A stretch of 64,000 bases of DNA from contig JAKAHY010000004.1 of NCBI GenBank assembly GCA_021814695.1, positions 24,481-88,480 on the forward strand. The letters are read 5' to 3'. The stretch is from a bacterium. GTDB lineage: Bacteria; Patescibacteriota; Minisyncoccia; UBA6257; JAGOQP01. The notes under the pieces are model-generated. The model was not told the origin of the DNA. It did no database searches and was given only the letters and a program-made list of their open reading frames with translations. A program made the position numbers and the translations under genes. Below are positions 47,031 through 57,323 of this stretch, piece by piece (the stretch's first letter is position 1; each line of letters opens with the position of its first letter).

Positions 47031-49007
47031 ATGACTACGTGGTTTTCATCCTTAGTTATTTTTATTCCGGTCGTTTTGGCTTTGGCCTACAGCCTGTTTT
47101 TAGCTTTGTGGCTGATGAAACAATCTTCGGGTGACAAAGAGATGGTTGAGCTGTCAAAAGCGATACATGAGGGCTCTATGGCGTATCTCAATCGACAATA
47201 TAAAACAGTTGCTTTGGTTGCGGTAGTGTTATTTGTTGCAATTGCCCTACTTTTGGGATGGAAAACGGGGGTCGGATTTGTTTTGGGAAGCATCGCCTCG
47301 GCCCTTACCGGATATATCGGGATGAATGTTGCGGTCAGGGCCAATTCAAAGACGGCCGAAGCGGCAAAAAACGGAATGGGCAAAGCACTCTCGCTGGCGT
47401 TTCGGGCCGGTTCGGTCACGGGACTGTTGGTTACGGCTTTAGGATTACTTGCCGTAGCCGGATGTTATTTTGCATTTGGAAAAGATATAGGGGTGCTTAT
47501 CGGGCTTAGTTTTGGAGCCAGCTTGATTTCGATTTTTGCCCGTCTTGGGGGAGGAATTTATACCAAAGCAGCCGATGTCGGAACTGATTTAGTCGGAAAG
47601 GTGGAAGCTGGTATTCCGGAAGATGATCCGAGAAATCCCGGAGTTATTGCCGACAATGTCGGCGATAATGTCGGCGACTGTGCAGGAATGGCTGCCGATC
47701 TTTTTGAAACTTATGCCGTGACTTTGACTGCCGGAATCTTATTGGGATCAATCACCGCCGGGACTACCGGTTCTATAGAGTTTCCCCTGCTTATCGGTGG
47801 TGTTTCCATCATTGCCTCGATTCTCGGATCGTTTTTCGTCCGTCTCGGAAAAAATGGCTCAATAATGGGAGCTCTTTATAAAGGCCTTATCGCTTCGCTT
47901 ATTTTTTCAGCGGTGGGATTTTATTTTATTTCCGAATATACGTTTGGGGCCGGATATGTAAAAATATTTTTGGCTTCTCTCATCGGACTTGCCGTTACCG
48001 GGCTAATGGTCGTCGCTACCGATTATTATACGGCAAAAAAATTCAGGCCCGTAGAATCGATAGCTGAAGCGGCAAAATCGGGACATGGTACGAATATAAT
48101 CATAGGAATTTCTGTCGGAATGGAATCTACTTTGATCCCGGCGATAATAATTACCTTGGCGATTCTCGGAAGCTTTATGTTGGGCGGAATATACGGAGTT
48201 GCTATCGCATCGGTGGCAATGCTTTCGGTGGCGGGGATTATCGTTTCAATTGATTCGTTCGGGCCAATCACCGATAACGCCGGAGGAATTGCGGAGATGA
48301 CTAATCAGCCGGAGGATGTCAGAAAAATTACCGATGCATTGGATGCCGTCGGCAATACAACCAAGGCCGTTACCAAAGGTTATGCCATTGCTTCCGCAGG
48401 TTTGGCGGCATTGGTTTTGTTCTCAAGCTATGCCAGCGAGTCCAAAAACTCGATTTTTGATTTAAGCAATCACAAAGTTTTAATCGGTCTGATTCTGGGA
48501 GCGGCCATGGTTTATATTTTCGGAGCTTTGACACTGCGTTCTGTGGGAAGAGCTGCCGGTGCCGTAGTTGAAGAAATTAGAAGGCAATTTAGAGAAATAA
48601 AAGGAATTATGGAAGGAACGGCAAAGCCGGAATACGGTAAGGCGGTGGACATCGTTACCAAAGCGGCAATTAAAGAGATGATTATTCCGGCACTGATTCC
48701 TATCGTTGGAGTGCTTCTGGTTGGATTTATTTTTGGATCTCAAGCCTTGGGAGGATTGCTTATGGGAGTTATCGTGTGCGGTTTATTTATGGCATTGTCT
48801 ATGACTGCAGGAGGAGCGGCTTGGGATAATGCAAAAAAATATATTGAGGATGGAAACTTCGGAGGCAAGGGCTCGGAAGCCCACAAGGCGGCAGTAACCG
48901 GTGATACTGTCGGTGATCCTTATAAAGACACAACCGGACCGGCAATCAATCCTTTGATTAAGGTGGTAAATATTATCGCTTTGCTGATTGTTAAATTCTT
49001 GAGATAA
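47031..49007 (+). CDS. hppA: Membrane-bound pyrophosphatase (K+-independent H+-PPase signature)
   Basis: [48 protein letters not shown]. Confidence 0.95.
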   Translation: MTTWFSSLVIFIPVVLALAYSLFLALWLMKQSSGDKEMVELSKAIHEGSMAYLNRQYKTVALVAVVLFVAIALLLGWKTGVGFVLGSIASALTGYIGMNVAVRANSKTAEAAKNGMGKALSLAFRAGSVTGLLVTALGLLAVAGCYFAFGKDIGVLIGLSFGASLISIFARLGGGIYTKAADVGTDLVGKVEAGIPEDDPRNPGVIADNVGDNVGDCAGMAADLFETYAVTLTAGILLGSITAGTTGSIEFPLLIGGVSIIASILGSFFVRLGKNGSIMGALYKGLIASLIFSAVGFYFISEYTFGAGYVKIFLASLIGLAVTGLMVVATDYYTAKKFRPVESIAEAAKSGHGTNIIIGISVGMESTLIPAIIITLAILGSFMLGGIYGVAIASVAMLSVAGIIVSIDSFGPITDNAGGIAEMTNQPEDVRKITDALDAVGNTTKAVTKGYAIASAGLAALVLFSSYASESKNSIFDLSNHKVLIGLILGAAMVYIFGALTLRSVGRAAGAVVEEIRRQFREIKGIMEGTAKPEYGKAVDIVTKAAIKEMIIPALIPIVGVLLVGFIFGSQALGGLLMGVIVCGLFMALSMTAGGAAWDNAKKYIEDGNFGGKGSEAHKAAVTGDTVGDPYKDTTGPAINPLIKVVNIIALLIVKFLR

Positions 49008-49032
49008 ATTATTATTATTCGTTATACAAACG

Positions 49033-49230
49033 AGGTGGCATTTTGCCACCTTTTTGGTCAGAAAAAGGTGGCGCCTAAAACCCTGCCTGCCGGCAGGCAG
49101 GTCCCAGGCGTTACATATTTTCATAGCAAGTCGGATTCACATTTCGCCTTTGTTTTAACTCGCCCTTGCTTTGCTTGGGCTCAAACAATAAGACAAACCA
49201 AACAGCTCATATTTATCCAAACTTGTTTGA
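49033..49230. repeat. Structured intergenic element with nested hairpins and a 20-bp perfect palindrome
   Basis: GCCACCTTTTT/AAAAAGGTGGC stem; CCTGCCTGCCGGCAGGCAGG 49082-49101; TTGTTT-AACTC-GCCC...GGGC-TCAAACAA. Confidence 0.65.
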
Positions 49231-49328
49231 TTCGAATATATAGCCTGTTTTTTAAGAATCTTGCAAAGGCACTTGTTTTGGCTATAATTTCTAATGTACT
49301 AATTATTATTTACTGATTACCAATTTAT

Positions 49329-49913
49329 ATGAGTTTAATTCCAATGGTCATAGATAAGTCTCCTTACGGAGAAAGGGCGTATGATATTTATTCAAGGCTT
49401 TTGAAAGAGCGCATCATCTTTATCGGGGGACCGATCACTGATGACGAGGCTAATGCGGTTATTGCTCAGCTTTTGTTTTTGGACCACGAGGATTCAAAAA
49501 AGGATATCCAAATATACATCAACAGCCCGGGCGGCTCGGTAACTGCAGGTCTGGCGATTTATGACACGATGCAGCACGTTAAGCCGGATGTTTCCACAAT
49601 TTGTGTAGGGATGGCCGCTTCAATGGGAGCTGTTTTGCTGGCAGCCGGCAAAAAAGGAAAGCGATTCGCTTTGCCTAATTCTCAGATTCTTATCCATCAG
49701 GTTATGGGAGGCGCCGAAGGACAGGCGACCGAAATCGAAATAACGGCTCGGCAAATTCTAAAAATAAAAGACAAGCTCAATCAGATTCTTTCCAAACACG
49801 CGGATCAATCCTTAACAAAAATAGAAAAAGATACCGACCGTGACTACTACATGAGCTCACAGGAGGCTAAGGAGTATGGCCTTATAGATGAAATTATTAA
49901 AGCTAAACGATAA
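49329..49913 (+). CDS. clpP: ATP-dependent Clp protease proteolytic subunit
   Basis: [38 protein letters not shown]. Confidence 0.98.
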   Translation: MSLIPMVIDKSPYGERAYDIYSRLLKERIIFIGGPITDDEANAVIAQLLFLDHEDSKKDIQIYINSPGGSVTAGLAIYDTMQHVKPDVSTICVGMAASMGAVLLAAGKKGKRFALPNSQILIHQVMGGAEGQATEIEITARQILKIKDKLNQILSKHADQSLTKIEKDTDRDYYMSSQEAKEYGLIDEIIKAKR

Positions 49914-49932
49914 AAGTTTTCCTACAAAATTC

Positions 49933-49959
49933 AAAACACCCGCTTTCGCGGGTGTTTTT
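49933..49959 (+). terminator. Intrinsic terminator
   Basis: AAAACACCCGC-tttc-GCGGGTGTTTT. Confidence 0.85.
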
Positions 49960-50012
49960 GATGCCGTTTTATCGTATATGTGTTACAATTAGCTTAATTA
50001 AGCAAAAATATA

Positions 50013-51029
50013 GTGAGTAAAATAGCATTGTTTCAAGCAAAAGGATGGGAGGCCGATTATTTAAAAAGCTCTTTAATCAAAGCCGGATTTGAGTGTGATG
50101 TTTATGAAAACGGAGTTGATCAGTTGCCCGAAAAAAACGATTATGATGCCATTTCTGTTTTTATCGGACCGCATATAGATAAAAATGTTATTGACCACTT
50201 TCCGAATCTTAAATTGATTACTACCCGATCAACCGGGTTTGATCATATTGATCTGGCGTACGCCCGTTCAAAAAACATAGCCCTAGGATATGTCCCTTAC
50301 TATGGAGAAAATACCGTTGCTGAATTTGCGATGGGGCTGATTTTAATGCTGTCCAGAAAATTATATTGGTGCGTCGATAGAGTTAAGCGTCAGGAAGAAT
50401 TTAATTTTGAAGGGCTAATGGGTACGGATTTGAAAGGAAAAACTTTGGGGGTGATTGGCGCAGGCCACATAGGTCAGCATGTTATAAAAATGGCCAAAGG
50501 ATTTGAAATGAACGTTATCGCTTTTGATAGATTTCCAAAACCCGATCTAGCCAAAGAAATGGGATTTGAATATAAATCGATTGATGAAGTTTTGGGGCAG
50601 TCCGACTTTATAACTATCCATTTGTTTTATTCTCCCGAGACACATCATTTCATAAATACCGAGAACATAAAAAAAATAAAAAAAGGAGCCTTTCTTATCA
50701 ATACCGCTCGCGGTCCTTTGGTAGAAGCCAAGGCTCTTGTTATGGCGCTTAAGGAAGGGATTCTTGCCGGCGCCGGGCTGGATGTCATTGAGGAAGAAGA
50801 CATTATGAAAGACGAGAGAGGATTTTGGCTTAACCAGAAAACCGATCAAGGCGCGTCCAATCTTCAGACGGTTTTGATGAATGATATTCTTATGGATATG
50901 CCCAATGTCGTAATTACGCCTCATAATGCCTTCAACACCAAAGAAGCAATAACCAGGATTTTGGACAGTGATATAGAAAATATAAACGGATTTTTCCAGT
51001 CAAAGACGGTTAAATATCCGATAAAATAA
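50013..51029 (+). CDS. D-2-hydroxyacid (D-lactate-type) dehydrogenase
   Basis: TRSTGFDHID, VAEF, GVIGAGHIG, INTARG, TPHNAF. Confidence 0.9.
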   Translation: MSKIALFQAKGWEADYLKSSLIKAGFECDVYENGVDQLPEKNDYDAISVFIGPHIDKNVIDHFPNLKLITTRSTGFDHIDLAYARSKNIALGYVPYYGENTVAEFAMGLILMLSRKLYWCVDRVKRQEEFNFEGLMGTDLKGKTLGVIGAGHIGQHVIKMAKGFEMNVIAFDRFPKPDLAKEMGFEYKSIDEVLGQSDFITIHLFYSPETHHFINTENIKKIKKGAFLINTARGPLVEAKALVMALKEGILAGAGLDVIEEEDIMKDERGFWLNQKTDQGASNLQTVLMNDILMDMPNVVITPHNAFNTKEAITRILDSDIENINGFFQSKTVKYPIK

Positions 51030-51034
51030 AATTT

Positions 51035-51733
51035 ATGGCAGAAAGGATGCCTTCCGCCGGCAATCAGCTGGAAGAGAAAGAAGAGAGGGAAAATTATCGC
51101 AAAGAGATTGAGGGCGAAATTTTAAGAGGGATTAAAGAGGGAAAGAGCCGGGAGGAATTAATTAGCAGATTAAAATCACGCATAGTTGATTTCTCTAAAC
51201 ACCGATCACTTGATTTAGAGAGAATACTCCTTGATTTAGATGCTCTCATTGAAGGAGCTGAAAACGATTCAGTTTTTGCAAAAAAGGTGGTAGAAGTTTT
51301 AAATCCGTTGATTGAATTAAAATTTTCCAATCCGAAAGTTTTTGCATCTGCGCTGGAAGCGATTTCTAGAGAAAATTTTATAAAACGGGGCGGGTTTGAA
51401 CCGCTTAACCAGCTACTCTCTTTTGATGTTGGGCCTGATGGAAAATATTTTAACATTCATATTGCTCCCAATAAGGAAACAGAAAACAAATTGGAACTTT
51501 TGAAGGATGGTTTGCACAGATTAGCCGAAAAAGTTGAGGCTGATGGAAAGATAGAAAGAGTTGAGGCGACCTCCTGGATTGTCGCCGAGCATCCGAACCT
51601 TCTTATGAGGATGGGATTTGAAATTCGCGGCAATGTTGATGAGGAAACCAGGAGAAAAATGTTTCCTCACGAAAACAGAGCCGTTGCTTCCGCGTTTATT
51701 ATCAGAGAAGAGTTTTTAAAAAGATATTTATGA
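51035..51733 (+). CDS. Hypothetical protein (possible GNAT-like C-domain)
   Basis: Long ORF; ATSWIVAEHPNLLMRMGF. Confidence 0.6.
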   Translation: MAERMPSAGNQLEEKEERENYRKEIEGEILRGIKEGKSREELISRLKSRIVDFSKHRSLDLERILLDLDALIEGAENDSVFAKKVVEVLNPLIELKFSNPKVFASALEAISRENFIKRGGFEPLNQLLSFDVGPDGKYFNIHIAPNKETENKLELLKDGLHRLAEKVEADGKIERVEATSWIVAEHPNLLMRMGFEIRGNVDEETRRKMFPHENRAVASAFIIREEFLKRYL

Positions 51734-51746
51734 TAAAATAAAAAAT

Positions 51747-51768
51747 AAATGGCCCGATGGGCCATTTT
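51747..51768. terminator. Bidirectional terminator
   Basis: AAATGGCCC-gat-GGGCCATTT between convergent genes. Confidence 0.75.
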
Positions 51769-52208
51769 CATTTACCGTTGCCGTTCATTTTGGCGATTCC
51801 TATTTTAACTAAAGCTTTGTCCCAGTTATCTATCAGGACTCTTTTACCCTCTTGAATTACCGGGGAATTTTCCACGAAACGATTGATTGATTTGTGGAAA
51901 ATCAGCACAAACATGGAATATCCTATCAAGCTCCAGAAACCCCATGAATGGATAAGCGGATACAAAAGCCGAGGGTGTTCGATTGTGTCTTTAACCAGTG
52001 GAAGAATTGGGGCGCAGAATATGGCCGTGAAGATATAAAACATCCAAATCCTGGTCCAATAAGAGAACTTTATTTTGGAGTGTTTTAGCCTGTAGGCGAA
52101 TATCGGATATACTAGAAAAATCCAGATAGTAGGAATAATCGGCAATATGATCAGCAGAATCAAAGGCCCTAAGATAAATTCAACGGGCGTTGCCACCCAG
52201 TTGGGCAA
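51768..52208 (-). CDS. Orphan membrane protein (3 TM)
   Basis: TTG start 4 nt after GGAGG; TAGACA-17-TATCTT upstream inside the trmH-family 3' end. Confidence 0.6.
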   Translation of the reverse strand: MPNWVATPVEFILGPLILLIILPIIPTIWIFLVYPIFAYRLKHSKIKFSYWTRIWMFYIFTAIFCAPILPLVKDTIEHPRLLYPLIHSWGFWSLIGYSMFVLIFHKSINRFVENSPVIQEGKRVLIDNWDKALVKIGIAKMNGNGK

Positions 52209-52233
52209 TTAGCCTCCGGTGTTATGAACTGGA

Positions 52234-52737
52234 TTAAAGATACTTTTTTTTACGGCTCTTGTCTAATAATTCATACGCAGCAATTCCGAACGCCACCGAA
52301 ACATTCAGAGACTCTTTTTTTCCAATCATTGGGATTTCGATTATCCGATCACAATGTTTGAGTATTGATTTTGAGATTCCCCTGACTTCGTCTCCGACAA
52401 TTAACGCCATTTTGGAACTTTTATTTTTTAATTTTGAATATGGGACGGAGCGCTTGTCTTGTTCAAGCGCAATAATTTTATACCCGTCGTTTTTCAGTTT
52501 TTTTATAAGAGAGATAGTTTTAAGCGGGGACACAGAACTTCCTACCTTCTCCCAGTCTATGTAATCCTCCGCTCCGAGCGCTACTTTAGCCAATTCCTTG
52601 CGCTTGGTTGAAAATCTATCCAAAGGAGTCGGGGTGATTCCACAAAGATAAATCTTTTCAAATCCGGCGGCATCGGCGGTTCTGAAAATTGACCCGACGT
52701 TGTAGAGGCTCCTTATATTTTGCAAAATAGCAATCAT
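52234..52737 (-). CDS. TrmH/SpoU family RNA methyltransferase
   Basis: NIRSLYNVGSIFRTAD, GDEVRGI, IPMIGKKESLNVSVA. Confidence 0.93.
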   Translation of the reverse strand: MIAILQNIRSLYNVGSIFRTADAAGFEKIYLCGITPTPLDRFSTKRKELAKVALGAEDYIDWEKVGSSVSPLKTISLIKKLKNDGYKIIALEQDKRSVPYSKLKNKSSKMALIVGDEVRGISKSILKHCDRIIEIPMIGKKESLNVSVAFGIAAYELLDKSRKKKYL

Positions 52738-52788
52738 GAGGGTAGTATAATCAGCAGTTCACAACATCACAAGGGAGCGTGCACGGAA

Positions 52789-53085
52789 ATGGAAGACGGA
52801 ATACTTTCCCGGACGCATGATCCAAAATTGGACAAAGCAAGGGTCAGATTCATCAAAGATGTGGATGCGATTTCCGCCGACGAAAACAATTCTATGCCAA
52901 GGATAAAAATTCCCAAAGGAACAATCGGAATTTTAACCGGCGGTGAAACGAAAAGAATCTTCGGCGGAACGATGTATTTCTATTTTACGGTCAAGGTTGG
53001 CCTTTGCCGAGAGGGCTCTAAGTCGATCCATCTGATATCGGTTCTTTCCGATAGCCTTCATTTCAGCTTGGTAGATATTAATTAA
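52789..53085 (+). CDS. Small orphan protein
   Basis: TATAAT 52746-52751, AAGGGAG 52771-52777, hairpin AGAGGG/CCCTCT plus T tract after stop; start uncertain. Confidence 0.5.
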   Translation: MEDGILSRTHDPKLDKARVRFIKDVDAISADENNSMPRIKIPKGTIGILTGGETKRIFGGTMYFYFTVKVGLCREGSKSIHLISVLSDSLHFSLVDIN

Positions 53086-53167
53086 CACAAAGAGGGACTC
53101 GGGCCCTCTATTTTTTTATATATAATTAATGCTTGAGAGACGGGATTTTTTGGGGTACCATACAGAA

Positions 53168-54445
53168 ATGTTTAAGGCTTTAAATAAAAAAGACAAATTG
53201 CTTTCGGGATTAATTAAAGACGAGGAATCCAGGCAATCTTGGCAATTGGATTTAATTGCTTCGGAAAATGAAGCTCCTGATCCGGTGCTGGAAATTTTAG
53301 GCTCAAAATTAACCAATAAATATTCCGAAGGATATCCCGGGAAGAGATATTATCCGGGAAATATCTATTATGACAAAATAGAAAAAATGACGCAGCAAAG
53401 AGCGCTAAAACTCTTTTCTCTTTCGGATAAAAATTGGCATGCGAATGTCCAGGCTTATTCGGGAGCGATTGCTAATCTTGCCATCTACTTGGCGGTGCTC
53501 AATGTTGGCGATACGATCTTAAGCATGAATCTGACATCGGGCGGGCATCTATCACACGGATCGAGAGTCAGTTTTACCGGAAAACTTTTCAATGTCGTAA
53601 ATTATGGGGTAGATGAAAATTATAATATCAGTTATTCGGAGATAGAATTTCTAACCAAAAAAATAAAACCGAAGCTTATTATTTCGGGGGCCTCGGCTTA
53701 TCCCAAACAGATAGATTTTGAAAGGATCGGCAAAATTGCCCATAAATTTGGAGCTTATCATTTGGCCGATATTTCCCATTATGCGGGACTTATTTCGGCA
53801 GGACTGTACCCTTCTCCGTTTGAGAATGCTGATTTTGTAACGACAACAATCCATAAATCACTATTCGGTCCGAGGGCGGCCATAATTTTTGCGAATAAAA
53901 AATCAACAATAGCTAAAAAGAATAGAATTGATTTGGCTTTGGCTATAGATAAGTCGGTGTTCCCCGGACTTCAAGGCGGACCTCATAACAATGTTATAGC
54001 GGCGATGGCTTACGGATTGAAGGCGGCATCTGGGCCTAAGGCTAAAAACTATTACAAGCAAGTAATGAAAAATTCGGCGGCTCTTATGGAGGCCATGGCG
54101 GATGAAGGATTTGAGATTGTCGGCGGAGGAACCGGCAGTCATATGTTTCTGGTAAAAACTTTGCCGCTCGGATTAAACGGCGCGGAAGCGGAAAAGATGC
54201 TTGAAAAATCCGGAATTCTGGCCAACAGAAATACAATTGCCGGGGATTCTTCACCTCTTAAACCGTCGGCAATCAGGATAGGAACGTATTCGGTAACGAT
54301 GCGAGGGATGAAAGAAAGAGAGATGAAGACGATAGCCGGCCTTATTTTTGAATCTCTTTTCAAAAAAACAACACCTTCTTCGGTTTCTGATCGGGTTAAG
54401 AGAATGTGCATTAAATTTCCATATAGAGCGGATCTTTTTACATGA
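53168..54445 (+). CDS. glyA: Serine hydroxymethyltransferase
   Basis: LIASEN, NKYSEGYPGKRYY, GGHLSHG, TTIHK, FPGLQGGPH; ATG 53168 preferred. Confidence 0.95.
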   Translation: MFKALNKKDKLLSGLIKDEESRQSWQLDLIASENEAPDPVLEILGSKLTNKYSEGYPGKRYYPGNIYYDKIEKMTQQRALKLFSLSDKNWHANVQAYSGAIANLAIYLAVLNVGDTILSMNLTSGGHLSHGSRVSFTGKLFNVVNYGVDENYNISYSEIEFLTKKIKPKLIISGASAYPKQIDFERIGKIAHKFGAYHLADISHYAGLISAGLYPSPFENADFVTTTIHKSLFGPRAAIIFANKKSTIAKKNRIDLALAIDKSVFPGLQGGPHNNVIAAMAYGLKAASGPKAKNYYKQVMKNSAALMEAMADEGFEIVGGGTGSHMFLVKTLPLGLNGAEAEKMLEKSGILANRNTIAGDSSPLKPSAIRIGTYSVTMRGMKEREMKTIAGLIFESLFKKTTPSSVSDRVKRMCIKFPYRADLFT

Positions 54446-55269
54446 TTAAAATTGATGGAAGAAAAATTGCCCAAGATATAATATCCGAACTGAAATCCCG
54501 TTCCGTTCCGGAGAAGTTTTTTGCGGTTTTTGTTGTAGGTAATAATCCAGCTATTTTGAGTTTTGTCAGACAAAAAGAAAGCGTTGCCAAAGAGCTGGGG
54601 ATAGATTTTAGGATTTATAAATTTGAAGAAAACCTAAGCAACGATCAGTTTAAAGAAAAAATCAGCCAGGTGGTTTTATCAAAGCAATGCGGTGCGGCGG
54701 TTTTGCAGTTGCCTTTGCCTGCGCATATTAATTTCCAGTATGTAATGAACGTAATACCGCCTGAAAAGGATGTTGACGTTCTTTCGGAAAGAAGTTTGGG
54801 CGGTTTCTACTCCGGTCGTTTGAATATTTTTCCGCCAGCAGTATCGGTTATTGCTGAAATTTTGAGGTATAAGAACATAACCATAGATTCGAGCTTAAAA
54901 TTTGCCGTTGTTGGACAGGGGGTGCTTGTCGGAAAGCCGATCGCGACTTGGCTCTCGGGAAAGACCTCGCAGACTATCATTTTAGACAAGGGGAGCGACC
55001 TGGCTGCACTAAAAGAGGCGGATATAGCGATTCTTGGAACCGGACAGTCGGGAATTATTAAAGCCCCGATGCTTAAAAAAAATTCCGGAGTCATCGATTT
55101 CGGATATGGTTTAAATCCCCGGGGGAAAGTTTCGGGAGATTTTGACGAAAGCTCGCTATCCCAGACGGGTGAAAATTATCTGTCGTTCTACACTCCAACT
55201 CCGGGCGGAACAGGACCCATACTTGTCGCCTGCCTGTTTAGGAATTTTTATGACTTGAACCAGAAGTAG
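54442..55269 (+). CDS. folD: Methylenetetrahydrofolate dehydrogenase/cyclohydrolase (divergent)
   Basis: IDGRKIA, LQLPLP, KDVD, VGKP, TPTPGGTGP. Confidence 0.9.
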   Translation: MIKIDGRKIAQDIISELKSRSVPEKFFAVFVVGNNPAILSFVRQKESVAKELGIDFRIYKFEENLSNDQFKEKISQVVLSKQCGAAVLQLPLPAHINFQYVMNVIPPEKDVDVLSERSLGGFYSGRLNIFPPAVSVIAEILRYKNITIDSSLKFAVVGQGVLVGKPIATWLSGKTSQTIILDKGSDLAALKEADIAILGTGQSGIIKAPMLKKNSGVIDFGYGLNPRGKVSGDFDESSLSQTGENYLSFYTPTPGGTGPILVACLFRNFYDLNQK

Positions 55270-55270
55270 C

Positions 55271-56227
55271 ATGAAGAAGATTGCTTATTCAATATTATCA
55301 ATCGGGGCGCTTCTTCTGTTGGGGGCCGTTTTTTTATTTTTGACGCCATATCTTCCTTCAAAAAATATGTCATGGCAAAATCCGACGAAATCGGAATCGG
55401 TTACGGATTTTATAAAAAATATATTTTCTTCAAACAAGATATCTATTCTTGTTTTGGGAAAGCCGGGAAATGTTAAATATCAAACCTTGGGAGGGGGGAG
55501 CCTGACGGATACTATAATGGTTGTTCAATTCAATCCTGATACGAATAAAATTTATACAATTTCAGTTCCCAGAGATATCTGGGTTCTTTCCGGAGAAGAT
55601 CAGATGAAAATAAACGAAGTTTTTGAAAAATATAAAGCCGAAGCGATTGCTTCGAAAATAGAAGACGTCACGGGAATTTATCTCGACGGCTATGCAATTA
55701 TTGATTTGGCGATGGTAAAGGATGCCATAGATTATTTTGGGGGAGTCGATGTCGTGCTATCACGGCCGGCGGTAGATTGGGTCAGCGGATATACCATCGA
55801 TTCCGGGGCTCATCATCTGAATGGAGATGATGCCGTTTGGCTCATACGCAATAGATTTGATAAAGAGGGCGATTTTTTTAGAGAAAAAAATCAGCAGCAG
55901 ATAATAGGTAATATATTTTCTAAATTTTCAAAATTAAGCACCGCCGAAAAAATAGCCTTTATAGACAGATTTGTTTTAAAATCCGGATTATTGGAAAAAT
56001 CCGATTTAGATGCTTCAAAACTGGCCGGATATGCGATAAATACCGACTTGTCCAAAGTTAGCGTATCCGGAATTGTTATGGATTTTTCAACAAGATTATT
56101 TGAATCAAAGATGATTCTGGTAACTTTTGGAACTTCAACACAAAACGTTTCAGTTCTTCTTCCGGTTGAAGGATTTGAAAAATACGACCAGATTCGTTCT
56201 TATATAAAATCCCAAATGGCTAAATAA
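55271..56227 (+). CDS. LCP (LytR-CpsA-Psr) family protein
   Basis: N-terminal TM, LTDTIMVV, SVPRDIWV, GGVDV, R..GDFFR..NQQ. Confidence 0.9.
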   Translation: MKKIAYSILSIGALLLLGAVFLFLTPYLPSKNMSWQNPTKSESVTDFIKNIFSSNKISILVLGKPGNVKYQTLGGGSLTDTIMVVQFNPDTNKIYTISVPRDIWVLSGEDQMKINEVFEKYKAEAIASKIEDVTGIYLDGYAIIDLAMVKDAIDYFGGVDVVLSRPAVDWVSGYTIDSGAHHLNGDDAVWLIRNRFDKEGDFFREKNQQQIIGNIFSKFSKLSTAEKIAFIDRFVLKSGLLEKSDLDASKLAGYAINTDLSKVSVSGIVMDFSTRLFESKMILVTFGTSTQNVSVLLPVEGFEKYDQIRSYIKSQMAK

Positions 56228-56232
56228 AAACC

Positions 56233-56253
56233 GCTCCGATAGAAAATCGGAGC
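56233..56253. terminator. Hairpin between convergent LCP and recA genes
   Basis: GCTCCGAT-agaaa-ATCGGAGC. Confidence 0.65.
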
Positions 56254-56284
56254 AGTCATTTTATTTAATCAATTGAAGTGGTTG

Positions 56285-57301
56285 CTATTCCGATTCGCCG
56301 GGAGCCCCAATTGTTTCCAGTTTCTTTTCTATTTCTTTTTCCAGTTTTTTATCGGCCTCAATTGCCAGGCGGGCGGCATCCAGGCCCACCCCGAGCTTTT
56401 CTCCGTTGAACGAAAAGGTGTTACCTGTCTTGGTGATAACTCCATGCTTGATGGCAACATTCATCATATCCGAGGCGTAAGATATCCCTTGTCCAAAAAA
56501 TATGTCAAATTCAGCGATTCTAAAAGGAGCGGCAACTTTATTTTTGACGACCTTGGCTTTCACATGATTACCAATCACTTCCTCTCCCTTTTTGAGCTGA
56601 GCGATGCGGCGGATATCTATTCTGACCGATGCGTAGAATTTAAGAGCCCTCCCACCGGGCGTGGTTTCGGGATTTCCCCACATAACTCCGATTTGAGAGC
56701 GCAATTGGTTTATAAAAATAATAGTAGTATTTGATTTGGAGGCGATTGAAGTGAGTTTGCGGAGAGCTTGGGACATAAGTCTCGCCTGTAGTCCTATCGT
56801 CTGGTCTCCTATTTCACCTTCAATTTCCGCGCGTGGAGTAAGGGCGGCGACAGAATCCACGACAACCAGTTCTATAATTCCCGATCGGGCAAGATTTTCA
56901 AGAATCTGGAGTGCTTCCTCTCCACTATCCGGTTGGGATATCAGAAGTTCGGATGTTTTGACACCGATTCTTTTGGCATAAGCCGGGTCCATTGCGTGTT
57001 CGGCGTCGATAAAGGCGCACTTACCCCCATGTTTTTGGGCTTGGGCAATGACGGAAAGGGCGAGCGTTGTCTTTCCAGACATTTCCGGGCCATAAACCTC
57101 GACAATTCTTCCTCGCGGCAAACCCCCGACTCCAAGCGCTATATCCAATGAATATGAGCCCGTGTGAGTTGCTTCAACTTTCACGGCTTTTCTGTCGTCC
57201 AGGCGCATAATGGCGCCTTCCCCGAATTTACTTTGAAGGGAATCAATTAAATTTTGAAGGTCGGACGAACTATTTTTTTCCTCTTTTTTTTCTTTTTTCA
57301 T
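56285..57301 (-). CDS. recA: Recombinase RecA
   Basis: [41 protein letters not shown]. Confidence 0.98.
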   Translation of the reverse strand: MKKEKKEEKNSSSDLQNLIDSLQSKFGEGAIMRLDDRKAVKVEATHTGSYSLDIALGVGGLPRGRIVEVYGPEMSGKTTLALSVIAQAQKHGGKCAFIDAEHAMDPAYAKRIGVKTSELLISQPDSGEEALQILENLARSGIIELVVVDSVAALTPRAEIEGEIGDQTIGLQARLMSQALRKLTSIASKSNTTIIFINQLRSQIGVMWGNPETTPGGRALKFYASVRIDIRRIAQLKKGEEVIGNHVKAKVVKNKVAAPFRIAEFDIFFGQGISYASDMMNVAIKHGVITKTGNTFSFNGEKLGVGLDAARLAIEADKKLEKEIEKKLETIGAPGESE

Positions 57302-57323
57302 TTATTTTTTATTACTTCTATTT

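Noticed and set aside
48783-49316. ORFs 49035-49316 (+) and 48783-49124 (-), both containing LPAGRQ
   Set aside because: The shared peptide is just the translation of the 20-bp palindrome; there are no protein-like features, and one overlaps hppA antisense.
56273-56981. Plus-strand ORFs opposite recA, and similar ones opposite polA, nusA, ftsK and hppA
   Set aside because: Antisense shadows of conserved genes with no independent signals.
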